The translations under genes and the position numbers were made by a program. From Candidatus Nitrosopumilus koreensis AR1 (lineage in GTDB: Archaea > Thermoproteota > Nitrososphaeria > Nitrososphaerales > Nitrosopumilaceae), in the NCBI RefSeq assembly GCF_000299365.1, contig NC_018655.1, positions 720,001 through 752,000 on the forward strand: a DNA stretch of 32,000 bases, read 5' to 3'. Below are positions 8,499 through 18,174 of the stretch, in pieces. Every line of letters starts with the position of its first letter. Positions within the stretch are counted from its first letter, which is position 1. The notes under the pieces were generated by a model. It worked only from the letters and a program-made list of their open reading frames with translations, did not search any database and was not told where the DNA came from.

Positions 8499-8880
8499 AT
8501 CCTATCAAAAATCCTCCAATCTCTTTTTCTATTGCATCATGATGAGACATTACTCCCTGGTTTGTTGTAACTAGAAGCATTCCTCTGTCATATGCTGGCA
8601 AGTATTGCTGTTCCCAATTGTTAAATTCATCAGTTTTTACTTTGAATCTTGGTGAAATTGCACCACATTTTGTGATCTTTGCCAATAATTTGATTTTGAA
8701 TTTTCCTCCCCTTTTATCATCGATGTGTTCAAACTCTCCAATGTATCCATCTTTTTGAAGTGTTTTTAGAACTTCGATTCCTAATTTTGAAGTTGGAAGA
8801 ATTGTACATTCACTCTTTCTTCTTGTTTCATTATTGTATAATGTGACAAATAGATTTGCTAAAATATTAGTTGCTGGCAT
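8488..8880 (-). CDS. rps8: 30S ribosomal protein S8 (uS8)
   Basis: MPATNILANLFVTLYNNETRRKSECTILPTSKLGIEVLKTLQKDGYIGEFEHIDD...GVMSHHDAIEKEIGGFLIGYVY. Confidence 0.95.
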   Translation of the reverse strand: MPATNILANLFVTLYNNETRRKSECTILPTSKLGIEVLKTLQKDGYIGEFEHIDDKRGGKFKIKLLAKITKCGAISPRFKVKTDEFNNWEQQYLPAYDRGMLLVTTNQGVMSHHDAIEKEIGGFLIGYVY

Positions 8881-8884
8881 GATA

Positions 8885-9064
8885 TCACCTATTTTTCCTA
8901 AATCCTAGAGATGTTGCTACCTCTCTGAAGCATCGTCTGCATAACATCAAATCGTATTTTTGAATAACAGCTGTATAATCTCCACATCTTTTACACCATC
9001 TTGAACCTCTTCCAAAGTCATGTTTCTTTCTTCCTGTAAATTCGTATGATCTATCTTTTGCCAT
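8885..9064 (-). CDS. rps14: 30S ribosomal protein S14 (uS14, zinc-binding type); absent from the ORF track
   Basis: Translated by hand: MAKDRSYEFTGRKKHDFGRGSRWCKRCGDYTAVIQKYDLMLCRRCFREVATSLGFRKNR*; CxxC...CxxC zinc ribbon; located between rpl5 and rps8 as expected. Confidence 0.95.
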   Translation of the reverse strand: MAKDRSYEFTGRKKHDFGRGSRWCKRCGDYTAVIQKYDLMLCRRCFREVATSLGFRKNR

Positions 9065-9585
9065 TATGCTATCGTCACTCCAAACTCTTTTACTAGATAA
9101 TCCTTTGCTTCTTGATTTGTAATGATATGTGATTTTCCAACACTTGCTTTGTGTTTACTTCTTTTTCTAATTCCATAACCTGGCCTAGTTAGTGTAACTG
9201 AAATTCCAAGACCTAAAATTCCAATTGATGGTTCATACTTTACACCTGGAATGTCTATGTGTTCTTTAATTCCAAATGAATAATTTCCAAAATTATCAAA
9301 TGCTCTGCCATTAATGGTGTTTCCCTTTGCTTCAAGTAATCTTTTCAATAATTCTTTGGCATCATCTCCTCTGATTGTAACTGCAACACCTATTGGTTCT
9401 CCTTTTCTTACTCCCCAATCTCTTTGTGTCTCTTTTGCATTTCGTGCTGATGGTTTTTTACCTGAAATTTGCTCTAATGCTCTTCTTGCAATGTCAATTA
9501 CATCGCCTGATTTACCAACTCCCATATTCAGTACTACTTTCTCTAGTGAGATTTTTTTCATTGGGGATTCTGTTGTTTGAGACAT
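9064..9585 (-). CDS. rpl5: 50S ribosomal protein L5 (uL5)
   Basis: EKVVLNMGVGKSGD..., IGVAVTIRGDDA, FDNFGNYSFGIKEHIDIPGVKYEPSIGILGLGISVTLTRPGYGIRKR. Confidence 0.96.
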   Translation of the reverse strand: MSQTTESPMKKISLEKVVLNMGVGKSGDVIDIARRALEQISGKKPSARNAKETQRDWGVRKGEPIGVAVTIRGDDAKELLKRLLEAKGNTINGRAFDNFGNYSFGIKEHIDIPGVKYEPSIGILGLGISVTLTRPGYGIRKRSKHKASVGKSHIITNQEAKDYLVKEFGVTIA

Positions 9586-9589
9586 ATGA

Positions 9590-10306
9590 TCACTTTAATT
9601 GAATTATTGGCTCCTCTTTTCCTATTGGCATAATAATGTCTGCTGGAATTTCGATTTTTCTGTCTCCTAAAGATAGGATGACTCTTTTTGGAAGAATGAA
9701 TGTTCCTTCCTCGATGTTTTCGATTTTTCCAATTTGTCCTGCATTGACTCCTCGTGTAACTAGTCCGTTGTTTCCTGGTTCCAGCTTTACAACTTCAAGA
9801 ATTTTTTGATCTGGAACTTGAATTAGACATACATCGCCAACATTTACTTTGGTATCTGAAATTGTTGAACGACCATCATGAAATCCGATTTGTGTTTTTC
9901 CTTTGTTGATTGTAGTTTTAGTGGTAACTCTAACAAGTTTCTTTGTTTTTTCTGAATCATTAATTTTAATTGGTTTTAGTAATTTTCCTTCTGTTGGTAC
10001 CATACGATAAACATCTGAAACATTTTCTAGCTCTACAACATCCATCAATCCAATTGCATGGTGTAGTGATTTTCTAACAACACCATCAATCTTTACTTTT
10101 CCTGAATAGATTGCAGTTTTTGCTTCTCTGAGGCTTGATACAATCTTTAGCATGTCCCTAAGGAATACTGCTGTTGGAACTGAATGGGTCTTTTTGTGAG
10201 GACCTGGTCTTACTGTAATTACGAACCTCTTGTCTTTTCTGGCAATTCCCCAGAACTGAGGTGCCATTTGACGCTTGAGTTTTTTACTACCTGAAATACT
10301 TACCAT
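9590..10306 (-). CDS. rps4e: 30S ribosomal protein S4e (eS4)
   Basis: KKLKRQMAPQFWGIARKDKRFVITVRPGPHKKTHSVPTAVFLRDML..., KVKIDGVVRKS. Confidence 0.95.
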   Translation of the reverse strand: MVSISGSKKLKRQMAPQFWGIARKDKRFVITVRPGPHKKTHSVPTAVFLRDMLKIVSSLREAKTAIYSGKVKIDGVVRKSLHHAIGLMDVVELENVSDVYRMVPTEGKLLKPIKINDSEKTKKLVRVTTKTTINKGKTQIGFHDGRSTISDTKVNVGDVCLIQVPDQKILEVVKLEPGNNGLVTRGVNAGQIGKIENIEEGTFILPKRVILSLGDRKIEIPADIIMPIGKEEPIIQLK

Positions 10307-10761
10307 TAACTTTCATCCTCTTTCTTTTCGACCTTTTCGACCACTTTTGTTTCTTTAGGCTCTTCTTTGACTGATTCTTCTTTCTTTGGTGTCTCTTTTG
10401 GTTGCTTTCTTGGATCTTTGCCTTCTAATTTTGCTATTCTCCACTTGTCATCTGTGTTTAGTGATGTGGCTACCAAGTTTGAAGTGTGAATATAAACATC
10501 AAATTTGTCTCCTTTAGTTTTCTCTTTTTTTACTCCTTCAATTGCAACACTGTTTTTTTCTGTAGATATTTCTGAAACTTTACCGTCTACTCCTTTGAAT
10601 TCTCCTCTTAGGATAGTTACATTGTCTCCTTCAACTACTCTGACACTTCTTTTTCCATACTTTTTCTGCAAGTCTTTTGATAATGCACTGCCAAGCTGTT
10701 TGCTTCTTGTTTTGTATGTTGCCTGGTAAATCATCTTGTTGCGCATTTTAGTTGGCTTCAT
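10306..10761 (-). CDS. rpl24: 50S ribosomal protein L24 (uL24) with charged C-terminal tail
   Basis: [29 protein letters not shown]; tail rich in K/E/P. Confidence 0.92.
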   Translation of the reverse strand: MKPTKMRNKMIYQATYKTRSKQLGSALSKDLQKKYGKRSVRVVEGDNVTILRGEFKGVDGKVSEISTEKNSVAIEGVKKEKTKGDKFDVYIHTSNLVATSLNTDDKWRIAKLEGKDPRKQPKETPKKEESVKEEPKETKVVEKVEKKEDES

Positions 10762-10765
10762 TTTC

Positions 10766-11188
10766 TTATACCACCATTGATGCCAAGTTAGCTACTCTTG
10801 GCCATTTCTCTGAAGCTTCTGCTGCGACTGGTCCTTTGATGTCTGTTCCTTTTGTTTCTCCTTCTGGAGTGATTAACACTGCTGCGTTGTCTTCAAAACA
10901 AACTCTTACACCGTTTAATCTACGAATTGCATATTTTTGTCTAATTATAACTGCACCATACACTTGTTTTCTTAATTCGGCTGGACCTTTCTTTACAACA
11001 ACATTACAAAAGTCCCCAACTGATGCTGATGGGAGTCTTGATGCTCTTGTCTTGTGTCTTGGAACGTTGATTATTTCTAAAATTTTTGCGCCAGAATTAT
11101 CTGCACAAACAATGTTTGCACCAACTGGAATTACTTTGGTTACATATGGGCGGAATTCTTCTACTCCTTTACCTGCTTGCTTTGCCAT
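10766..11188 (-). CDS. rpl14: 50S ribosomal protein L14 (uL14)
   Basis: [56 protein letters not shown]. Confidence 0.96.
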   Translation of the reverse strand: MAKQAGKGVEEFRPYVTKVIPVGANIVCADNSGAKILEIINVPRHKTRASRLPSASVGDFCNVVVKKGPAELRKQVYGAVIIRQKYAIRRLNGVRVCFEDNAAVLITPEGETKGTDIKGPVAAEASEKWPRVANLASMVV

Positions 11189-11511
11189 TATGATCTAACC
11201 TCCACAACAACATAGGATACTGATTTTGATATTGGTCTGCATTCTGCAGTCAATACACTGTCTCCTGATTCAACATCAATACATCCAGGAACGTGTGCAT
11301 GAATACTGCTTTTTCCTCTTGCATATCTCTTGAATTTGTTAAAGTAAATTGGGGTATCTTTTTGTAGTGTGATGGTTTGTCTTGCTTTGCTTCCTGTCAC
11401 TTTACCATCAAAAAGTTTTCCTCTAATTGCTAATTCGCCATGGAATGGACAATGCTTGTCTGTGCATTCTCTTTTTGGTTCTTTTACGTTTAATCCGATG
11501 TTTCTAGTCAT
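11188..11511 (-). CDS. rps17: 30S ribosomal protein S17 (uS17)
   Basis: CTDKHCPFHGELAIRGKLFDGKVTGSKARQTITLQKD..., SSIHAHVPGCIDVESGDSVLTAECRPISKSVSYVVVE. Confidence 0.95.
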   Translation of the reverse strand: MTRNIGLNVKEPKRECTDKHCPFHGELAIRGKLFDGKVTGSKARQTITLQKDTPIYFNKFKRYARGKSSIHAHVPGCIDVESGDSVLTAECRPISKSVSYVVVEVRS

Positions 11512-11774
11512 GCCTTTGCTCCTATTCTATCAAATGGTCTTTTTGTAATTTTGGAACCTTCTACTATAACATCACTATTCTCAATTGAGAATCTCCAATT
11601 GCTTGTAGATTTGGCAATTCTTTTCATTCCATTTTCTGTGTTAATTGTAAACATTGATTTTGTTTCATCTTCGATTCTTCCATTTAATCCTATTACTTGA
11701 GGGTTAGTTGATCTGACTATCTCTGTGTGTAATCCAATGAATTCATGTGATGTGATGTTGTCTGCTGTAATCAT
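11508..11774 (-). CDS. rnp1: Ribonuclease P protein component 1 (Rpp29/Pop4-like)
   Basis: ITSHEFIGLHTEIVRSTNPQVIGLNGRIEDETKSMFTI; position between rps17 and rpl29 is the usual archaeal location. Confidence 0.88.
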   Translation of the reverse strand: MITADNITSHEFIGLHTEIVRSTNPQVIGLNGRIEDETKSMFTINTENGMKRIAKSTSNWRFSIENSDVIVEGSKITKRPFDRIGAKA

Positions 11775-11977
11775 TTCTCGTTCCTCATCTCGTTTAGTCT
11801 AGTTAGCATTCTTGCAATATCGTGTCGTATTGGTTTTAGTTTCCCACTCTCTTTTCTCAGTGTGCCTTTTGCTGCATCTACTCTGAGTTTTGCAAGCTCA
11901 CTTCTTGATTCTTGAATCTTGCTTTTCAGATCTTTTTCGTTTAACTGTTTAATTGTCTTCATACTAATTCTGGTCAT
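11771..11977 (-). CDS. rpl29: 50S ribosomal protein L29 (uL29)
   Basis: [59 protein letters not shown]. Confidence 0.93.
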   Translation of the reverse strand: MTRISMKTIKQLNEKDLKSKIQESRSELAKLRVDAAKGTLRKESGKLKPIRHDIARMLTRLNEMRNEK

Positions 11978-12729
11978 TTGAGACTGGCCTCCTCTTCTTC
12001 TAGTGTTTCAAGCTCTTTCATCTTTTCTTCTTCCATTGCAATTTGTTCTGATTCTGTTCTTGCTTTCTTTTCTGCTGCTGTCTCATCTCTCATCTTTCCT
12101 GTTTGTGCATCTTTGACTTGTTTTGCTTTCTTTGGTTTTTCTGTCTTCATCTCAAATTCTGGAACAAATTTTTCTTTTCTTGCAATTCTAATTCTAATTC
12201 CAATTAATCCCATTGCTGTGTTGACATGTGCAATGTCCTCGGCAACAATTACCTCTGCATGATGACCTGCTCTTGGCAATATTCCTGCAGTGTGCTTTTC
12301 AAATGCAGAACGGTCACCTCTTAGTTTACCTGAAATTGTAATTTGAACACCCATGGCACCATTTTCCATGATTTGTTTTAGAGTCCACATTGTTGCTCTT
12401 CTAAATGCAGTACCTCTTTCAAGATGTGATGCCATTCTGTTACACATCACACTTGGTGATAGTTCTGGTTTCTCAATTTCTACTACTGAAATTTGTGGAT
12501 TTTTTAATCCAAAATCTGTTGCCAGTTTATCAGTAAGGTCTCTAATTCCTGAACCTTTTCTTCCAATAACTATACCTGGTCTTGTGACATGTAATGCAAC
12601 TCTTGTACCTGTTGGTGTCTTTGAAATCTCAGCATGTGAAAATCCTGCTTCTTTAATTGCCTCTCTGAGATAATCTTTGAGAAGCATCATGTTGTAGTTA
12701 TCTTTGATTACGTTTTTGACTGATGACAT
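11974..12729 (-). CDS. rps3: 30S ribosomal protein S3 (uS3) with extended charged C-terminus
   Basis: KH motif [24 protein letters not shown]; [15 protein letters not shown]; [11 protein letters not shown]. Confidence 0.95.
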   Translation of the reverse strand: MSSVKNVIKDNYNMMLLKDYLREAIKEAGFSHAEISKTPTGTRVALHVTRPGIVIGRKGSGIRDLTDKLATDFGLKNPQISVVEIEKPELSPSVMCNRMASHLERGTAFRRATMWTLKQIMENGAMGVQITISGKLRGDRSAFEKHTAGILPRAGHHAEVIVAEDIAHVNTAMGLIGIRIRIARKEKFVPEFEMKTEKPKKAKQVKDAQTGKMRDETAAEKKARTESEQIAMEEEKMKELETLEEEEASLK

Positions 12730-12731
12730 TT

Positions 12732-13199
12732 CTAAATCTCCTGGGCCACCAATTCTACATGAGTCAATACGTTGTTCTTTGGAGTTGCTCTTCCCATTGC
12801 TCTTGGGATGAATCTTTTTACCATTACTCCTTTGTGAACAGTTGCGTTTACAATCCTTAATCTATCTAAATCCATTCCTTTGTATTCTGCATTTGATTCT
12901 AAATTATCTAAAACTTTGATGAACTCTTTTGCTGTTTTTTGAGGATAACGTCCTGCCATCATTCCTGGGTCTCCTTTATGTCCTACTTGATTCTTGTATC
13001 TTCTAAATGCGATTGCACGGTCTTTATGTACTACTGCTTGTAGGTAGTCTCTTGCCTTTTCAATTGATAGTCCTTTGATTGCAACTGCAACTTCCCTCGC
13101 ATGTTTGTGTGAGATGTCTTTTTCTCTTAGTGAAGAGCGTACATGTCTTGTTGCATCATAATTTTGGAAAGCGTAACTGAATCTACCCATAATAATCAC
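12732..13199 (-). CDS. rpl22: 50S ribosomal protein L22 (uL22)
   Basis: [40 protein letters not shown]-like and [24 protein letters not shown] blocks. Start may be the second Met (MGRFSYAF). Confidence 0.93.
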   Translation of the reverse strand: MIIMGRFSYAFQNYDATRHVRSSLREKDISHKHAREVAVAIKGLSIEKARDYLQAVVHKDRAIAFRRYKNQVGHKGDPGMMAGRYPQKTAKEFIKVLDNLESNAEYKGMDLDRLRIVNATVHKGVMVKRFIPRAMGRATPKNNVLTHVELVAQEI

Positions 13200-13591
13200 T
13201 TCAATGGTACGTATAGGCTGGATCTTGATGCGCCAACACCTGGTGCACCGTGTGAAACCTTCTTGTTTGTTATTACATATTCTCCCAAGTAATGCCCAAT
13301 CATTTCTGTTCTGATTGTGACTGGTCTGAATTCTTTTCCTGAGAAAACATTTACTGTAACATCTACCATGTATGGTAGGATAATCAAATCTCTAACGTGA
13401 GTTTTAATTGGATTTTTTAATTTGCCTGCTTTTGCGGCTTTGATCTCTTCAATTAGTTTTCTTTTACCATCGTTAATTCCTCTGGTAAGAGATCTTCTTT
13501 GTCTTGCATTGAATAACTGGAATAATTTTTCTAATGACATATTTTCAAGTTCCTCTTTTGGAATTCCTCTGTATGCAAATTCTTTAACCAT
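13196..13591 (-). CDS. rps19: 30S ribosomal protein S19 (uS19)
   Basis: [69 protein letters not shown]. Confidence 0.95.
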   Translation of the reverse strand: MVKEFAYRGIPKEELENMSLEKLFQLFNARQRRSLTRGINDGKRKLIEEIKAAKAGKLKNPIKTHVRDLIILPYMVDVTVNVFSGKEFRPVTIRTEMIGHYLGEYVITNKKVSHGAPGVGASRSSLYVPLK

Positions 13592-13618
13592 TTTTGTTCT
13601 TCACCTTCTAACTCCCTA

Positions 13619-13885
13619 TTATAGCATTCCTATCTTTGTGGCGAGGTCTCTTGCTTTTTCTGTATTTTCAAACTGAACGAATGCTTTCTTGCCATAAATT
13701 GTTCTAGCTGTGTTTACGTTGGTAACTTTTTCTTTGTATAGTGTGTTAACTGCATCAGCAATTTCTGGTTTGCTTGCTGATCTATCTACGATAAAACAAA
13801 TTTTACTTTCGTTTTCTACCATAGCAAATGTCTTTTCAGTAATGTATGGTTTGATTATGATTTTGCTTGCTTGATCTACGTTCAT
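13619..13885 (-). CDS. rpl23: 50S ribosomal protein L23 (uL23)
   Basis: IIKPYITEKTFAMVENESKICFIVDRSASKPEIADAVNTLYKEKVTNVNTARTIYGKKAFVQF. Confidence 0.94.
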   Translation of the reverse strand: MNVDQASKIIIKPYITEKTFAMVENESKICFIVDRSASKPEIADAVNTLYKEKVTNVNTARTIYGKKAFVQFENTEKARDLATKIGML

Positions 13886-14697
13886 TGTACTTTCGCCATT
13901 ACCTCTAGATGTGTTGATTTTATTTTTCCAATCTCCTCAATTGCAGATTTGGAATAAACGGTTAATCTAATTGGATCTGAACCCGGAGCTAAATCTAATA
14001 CGCTCAAATCTTTGACACTTTTTGCTTCTACACCCGGAAGTGCTCCTATTGCTTTTGAAATATTTGATGCATCTTTAGTTACAAACAATACACTCTTTCC
14101 GATTTTCTTACTTCTGCCTCTAAGTCTTGATTGACCAGAACGTGGTTTTCTTGCTTCTAGTCTTTGCAAATCTTGTGTTAGTTTTAATGAGTCTAGTATT
14201 TTGGATATTTCGCTTGTTTTAGAAACTGATTCTATGTCATCTGAAACTATGATTGGGAATGATTCGATTCCTTCTACTTTATGGCCTCTAGCTTCAACTC
14301 TATCCTTTGATGCAGTTGCAGCAATTGCTGAACATAATGCTAGCTTTCTTTCTTTTTTGTTTAGTTTCTTGTAGATGACTTTCTCGACAATAGGTGGATG
14401 TGCTTGTCTTCCTCCTCTAGTTGATGCAACCTCTGCACCTTGGCCCTGTCTCCCTCCGCCACCGCCTCGTGCTCTTGCAACACGGGATACCCCTTGTCCT
14501 GTTGGAGGATCATTAGAATCTGCAACCACATCTTGGCCTGCAGTTGGATGTCTTCCTTGTGGCTGGAATTTGTGTGATGTAAGATTAGTGAATGCTTTGT
14601 GAATCAATTCTCTCCTAAATGGTGTGGAGAAAACTGCTGGCAATTCTACTTCTCCGTCTTTGGTTCCAGTGGTGGTATATACTGCTGTCTTGGTCAT
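13882..14697 (-). CDS. rpl4: 50S ribosomal protein L4 (uL4)
   Basis: DSNDPPTGQGVSRVARARGGGGGRQGQGAEVASTRGGRQAHPP, IPIIVSDDIESVSKT region, VKDLSVLDLAPGSDPIRLTVYSKSAIEEI. Confidence 0.95.
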   Translation of the reverse strand: MTKTAVYTTTGTKDGEVELPAVFSTPFRRELIHKAFTNLTSHKFQPQGRHPTAGQDVVADSNDPPTGQGVSRVARARGGGGGRQGQGAEVASTRGGRQAHPPIVEKVIYKKLNKKERKLALCSAIAATASKDRVEARGHKVEGIESFPIIVSDDIESVSKTSEISKILDSLKLTQDLQRLEARKPRSGQSRLRGRSKKIGKSVLFVTKDASNISKAIGALPGVEAKSVKDLSVLDLAPGSDPIRLTVYSKSAIEEIGKIKSTHLEVMAKVQ

Positions 14698-15689
14698 ATT
14701 ACTACCTCCAAGATATTTGGTTTGTTAACTTTGGCTGGAACATTTCTGATTTGACTTCTTAGTTTAATCAATCTCCTATATGTTCCAGGAACTGAACCTT
14801 TTAGAATAATGAAATCTCCTTTAACTAAACCAAAATGTTTGTAACCTCCATCTGGATTTATTTTTAATTTATCCTCTTCAGTATTGCCCATAATCATAAT
14901 TCGTTTATCATATTCTATTCTTTGATGGAATCCAAATTGTCCCGCTCTTGGAACTGTATACATGACACTCTGTGGAGATATTGGACCTAGTGAACCAACT
15001 TCTCTAACAGTCTTTCTTGATTTGTGTTGCTTTTTCTTTACGTTCCATCTTTTCAAAACGCCTTGCCAACCTTTACCTTTTGTAATTGCTGCAACGTCAA
15101 CACTTGCACCAGTTTCAAAAATTTGATCAATTTTAATTTCTTTTCCGAGTAATTCTTTGACATGTGCAAATTGTTTTGGTATGTCTCCTCCGCTAACTGA
15201 AGCCTCAAAGACATATGGTTTCTTTTGCTCTAGTCCTGCAGCACTTGGAGAAACTGCAACAATTGCAAAAATCTCTTTAATTTTTTTCAAACTTTTTTCT
15301 GCATTATCTAATGCGTTTTCTTGTTTGTTTTTTAGTGAAATCTCTTTGGCAATATTTTTTGGAATGTCTTCTGCATAAACATCAAACTCGGCATGTAATC
15401 CGTCATGATCTTTTGAATATCCTCTGATTCCTAAAATCAGAACTGGGGGTGTAACTAAAACTGTTCCAAGACTTACTAGTTGTTTTCCTGCATTAGGTAC
15501 TTTTTCACGATCATCAATGCTGACAATCTGAACACAACCTGCTTTGAAACCACAATGAGCTAAAATTTTTGGCTCTTCTGAATCTAATTTTGGCCATGCT
15601 CGGATTCTAGCCTCCATGCTTTTGGCACGTACTCTAGGTGAATACGCAAGGCTTCCTCTACGTGGTGAATGTCTTTTTCTAGCACCCAT
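14694..15689 (-). CDS. rpl3: 50S ribosomal protein L3 (uL3)
   Basis: HSPRRGSLAYSPRVRAKS, LAHCGFKAGCVQIVSIDDRE, GKGWQGVLKRWNVKKKQHKSRKTVREVGSLGP, VPRAGQFGFHQRIEYDKRIM. Confidence 0.97.
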   Translation of the reverse strand: MGARKRHSPRRGSLAYSPRVRAKSMEARIRAWPKLDSEEPKILAHCGFKAGCVQIVSIDDREKVPNAGKQLVSLGTVLVTPPVLILGIRGYSKDHDGLHAEFDVYAEDIPKNIAKEISLKNKQENALDNAEKSLKKIKEIFAIVAVSPSAAGLEQKKPYVFEASVSGGDIPKQFAHVKELLGKEIKIDQIFETGASVDVAAITKGKGWQGVLKRWNVKKKQHKSRKTVREVGSLGPISPQSVMYTVPRAGQFGFHQRIEYDKRIMIMGNTEEDKLKINPDGGYKHFGLVKGDFIILKGSVPGTYRRLIKLRSQIRNVPAKVNKPNILEVVI

Positions 15690-15781
15690 GACTAAAACGC
15701 ATCATCGATTGCCCTCTATTAAACCATGTGAGATGTCGTTAACCACTAAAAAAATACTGGTTAACCAATTATGCCTGAAAA

Positions 15782-15892
15782 TTAAGGATTTAGAATTTCA
15801 TTTGCCATGTTCCAAATTGTTATTCCACCAATAATTATTCCAACAACTCCTACTCCGATTGCTAATAGCAAAAAATTTTTCCTTTCTGTCAT
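15782..15892 (-). CDS. Small single-TM membrane ORF (36 aa), not in the ORF track
   Basis: Translated by hand: MTERKNFLLLAIGVGVVGIIIGGITIWNMANEILNP*; sits between the SPOUT gene and rpl3. Confidence 0.5.
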   Translation of the reverse strand: MTERKNFLLLAIGVGVVGIIIGGITIWNMANEILNP

Positions 15893-15894
15893 GA

Positions 15895-16707
15895 CTATGA
15901 TGTGCTTTGTGCATTGATTATTGATAATGTTCCAAGTAATGCTTCTTCTAGACGTACTGTTTGCGTAGCTTGGTTTGGGAAAAAGTTCAAAGACTTTGCA
16001 TTTTGAACATTTTTCATTTTTCCTCCTAGTATTTCATGAACTCCTTTTTCAGGAGATCCAAACACTACTAGTGTTGGCTGATCTGATTTTGTGTATTTTG
16101 CAATCTGCTCTTTTGTTGCAGTCTTTCCTTTTCTTGATGTGATGATGATGTTTCCTTTCCATTCAGATAATAATGAAAACAAGTTTGCCCTTTCTTTTAC
16201 TGCATAACCCCAATATTCTGGGGCCTCGTTTCGAGTTATCTCTTTGATTGAAAACTTTGGATATCCTTCTTTGAATTGTATTGTCACTCTTTTTCCTATA
16301 GGAGTCTTTCCAAAAAATGGAATCAGTTGGTTTATTCCTACATCCACAAATCGTTTTCCTTTTACACTTACTACTATTCCTTCTCTAACGTCCCCCCTGG
16401 TTATTTTTTTTGGGTTTGCAGGTGTAACGTGGCTTGGAATTCTTAATGGTTGTAAGACTCCTGCAAACTTCAAGTCATTCATCTTTGGGAATAATCTTCT
16501 TCTCAAAAATTGAGGTGTCTCTAAATATTTTAAAATCATGACCATCAGATTTCCATCTTGTTTGTTGTTTCCTTCTTGGTAGACATAGATTGTTTCAATT
16601 TTAAAAATAGCACATGCTCTTGCTAAAACAGAAATTTTTCTAGTCTTGTCTATCTTTAATGATTCATCAGATAGTGACGATTCGGGAATTGCAACAGATA
16701 ATTTCAA
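15895..16707 (-). CDS. Putative SPOUT-superfamily RNA methyltransferase (DUF171 / RNA uridine N3-methyltransferase type)
   Basis: KLSVAIPESSLSDE...KISVLARACAIFKIETIYVY; YLETPQFLRRRLFP; LFSLLSEWKGNIIITSRKGK; NFFPNQATQTVRLEEALLGTLSIIN. Located next to rpl3 as in many archaea. Confidence 0.82.
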   Translation of the reverse strand: MKLSVAIPESSLSDESLKIDKTRKISVLARACAIFKIETIYVYQEGNNKQDGNLMVMILKYLETPQFLRRRLFPKMNDLKFAGVLQPLRIPSHVTPANPKKITRGDVREGIVVSVKGKRFVDVGINQLIPFFGKTPIGKRVTIQFKEGYPKFSIKEITRNEAPEYWGYAVKERANLFSLLSEWKGNIIITSRKGKTATKEQIAKYTKSDQPTLVVFGSPEKGVHEILGGKMKNVQNAKSLNFFPNQATQTVRLEEALLGTLSIINAQSTS

Positions 16708-16738
16708 TATAATCGAGTCTCACAAACAGATAACACAA

Positions 16739-17476
16739 TTAATTTTTGTCGTGTGGATATTTTTCTTTAGCAGTTTTTGCATAGTTTGCAATCTGCTCTT
16801 CTGAAACTATTTCATACAAACCTGAATCTGTTTTGATATGTGCCATTCTGATATGACTGGTTCCTTCTTTGTCTTCACTTGATAGATAAATTCCTGCACA
16901 AGCTAATGTTGATGCATCATCTAATGAAAGATCATTTTTGTATGTTTTCTCTAAAAAGTCAGTTACTTGATCAGAACCTGAACCAATTGCAATTGCATCA
17001 TAAGAGATGTATGTTCCACTAGGATCAGTCATGTACAATTGTGGTTTGTTGTTAACGACTCCTCCAAGAATTAATGCAACACCAAATGGTCTTACCCCTG
17101 CATATTGTGTATATTGTTGAGATTGATCAGCTAAGTGTTTAGCGATTGTTTCAACTTCTACTGGTTCATCATAAATCATCTTATTACTTTGAGAAAAGTA
17201 TCTTGCATTGTCTACTTGGCTTCTTGCATCTGGTATGTATCCTGCTGCAGCAACACCTACATGATCATCAATTTGGAAAATCTTTTGAGCATTTTTAGAA
17301 ATTTGTAATTTTCTTGGCTTTTCTTCTACTGCTATTACGATGCCGTCTTTGCATTTGACACCAATTGCAATTGTTCCTCTTCTTACTGTCTCAATTGCAT
17401 ATTCGACTTGGTATAATCTGCCGTCTGGTGAGAATACTGTAATAGCTCTATCGTAACCTTGTTGTGCAGGAAGCAT
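16739..17476 (-). CDS. psmA: Proteasome alpha subunit
   Basis: QQGYDRAITVFSPDGRLYQVEYAIETVRRGTIAIGVKCKDGIVIAVEEK. Confidence 0.97.
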   Translation of the reverse strand: MLPAQQGYDRAITVFSPDGRLYQVEYAIETVRRGTIAIGVKCKDGIVIAVEEKPRKLQISKNAQKIFQIDDHVGVAAAGYIPDARSQVDNARYFSQSNKMIYDEPVEVETIAKHLADQSQQYTQYAGVRPFGVALILGGVVNNKPQLYMTDPSGTYISYDAIAIGSGSDQVTDFLEKTYKNDLSLDDASTLACAGIYLSSEDKEGTSHIRMAHIKTDSGLYEIVSEEQIANYAKTAKEKYPHDKN

Positions 17477-17528
17477 TTGATTCCAGTGCTCTGAAAGTTT
17501 AATTTAAGTCTAGCCTATCAAATTTGCC

Positions 17529-17945
17529 GTGAGATTCGAAATCAAATTTTCTGGACATGAAAATATTAGATCAAACCATCAAAAAACTATAGAAATTACA
17601 AAAGAATCTCATTTGACTCCTCAAGGTGATTGCATAATTGGCGTTGGTGCAAATTATGCGTGTGCTGATTTGCCTCAAGACCTAAAAGACAAACTAAAGC
17701 AATCTGATTCTAACATTACATTTTCTATTGATGTTGGAAAATACAGTTTCACTGTACACGGAAAAGGCCATCCTGATCTAACACTTACTCACACTGAAGA
17801 CATTGTGATTAGAAAAAGTGATTTTGTGTGTCCTAGAACTTTGTCTGTAAAGTGTGATAAGGCATCTGATTTGTTACCTAGAGAGATGGTTTCATTATTA
17901 CAAGATCCCAAAACAAAAGGCACCTTTACTATCACTGTTGATTAA
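17529..17945 (+). CDS. DUF371-like conserved archaeal protein
   Basis: FEIKFSGHENIRSNHQKTIEITKESHLTPQGDCIIGVGANYACADLP matches the remembered DUF371 pattern. Confidence 0.75.
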   Translation: MRFEIKFSGHENIRSNHQKTIEITKESHLTPQGDCIIGVGANYACADLPQDLKDKLKQSDSNITFSIDVGKYSFTVHGKGHPDLTLTHTEDIVIRKSDFVCPRTLSVKCDKASDLLPREMVSLLQDPKTKGTFTITVD

Positions 17946-17984
17946 CACTGTGACAATTTTATAGTCATTAATCTTGTTTTGATT

Positions 17985-18104
17985 ATGGGTCTGAAAACCA
18001 ATCTGTTTATTTTAGTACCTTTGGCAGTGTTTGCAGCAATAATACTTGGTGCGGGAATGTACATGACATTGTGTAAAAACACTCTTGTTGCTCTACCATG
18101 TTGA
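17985..18104 (+). CDS. Small membrane ORF (39 aa), not in the ORF track
   Basis: Translated by hand: MGLKTNLFILVPLAVFAAIILGAGMYMTLCKNTLVALPC*. Confidence 0.45.
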   Translation: MGLKTNLFILVPLAVFAAIILGAGMYMTLCKNTLVALPC

Positions 18105-18174
18105 CTCTAATTTCCATCTTTAGTTAATTCTGATTTATCATGATTTTCTTAAGATATGGTTTATCTGATGTTTT

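Noticed and set aside
9314-15834. Plus-strand ORFs opposite the ribosomal genes (e.g. 9314..9580, 10752..11198, 11978..12262, 12353..12673, 14375..14602, 15157..15378)
   Set aside because: Each lies antisense to a confidently identified ribosomal protein and has low-complexity Ser/Leu/Phe-rich translation typical of shadow ORFs.
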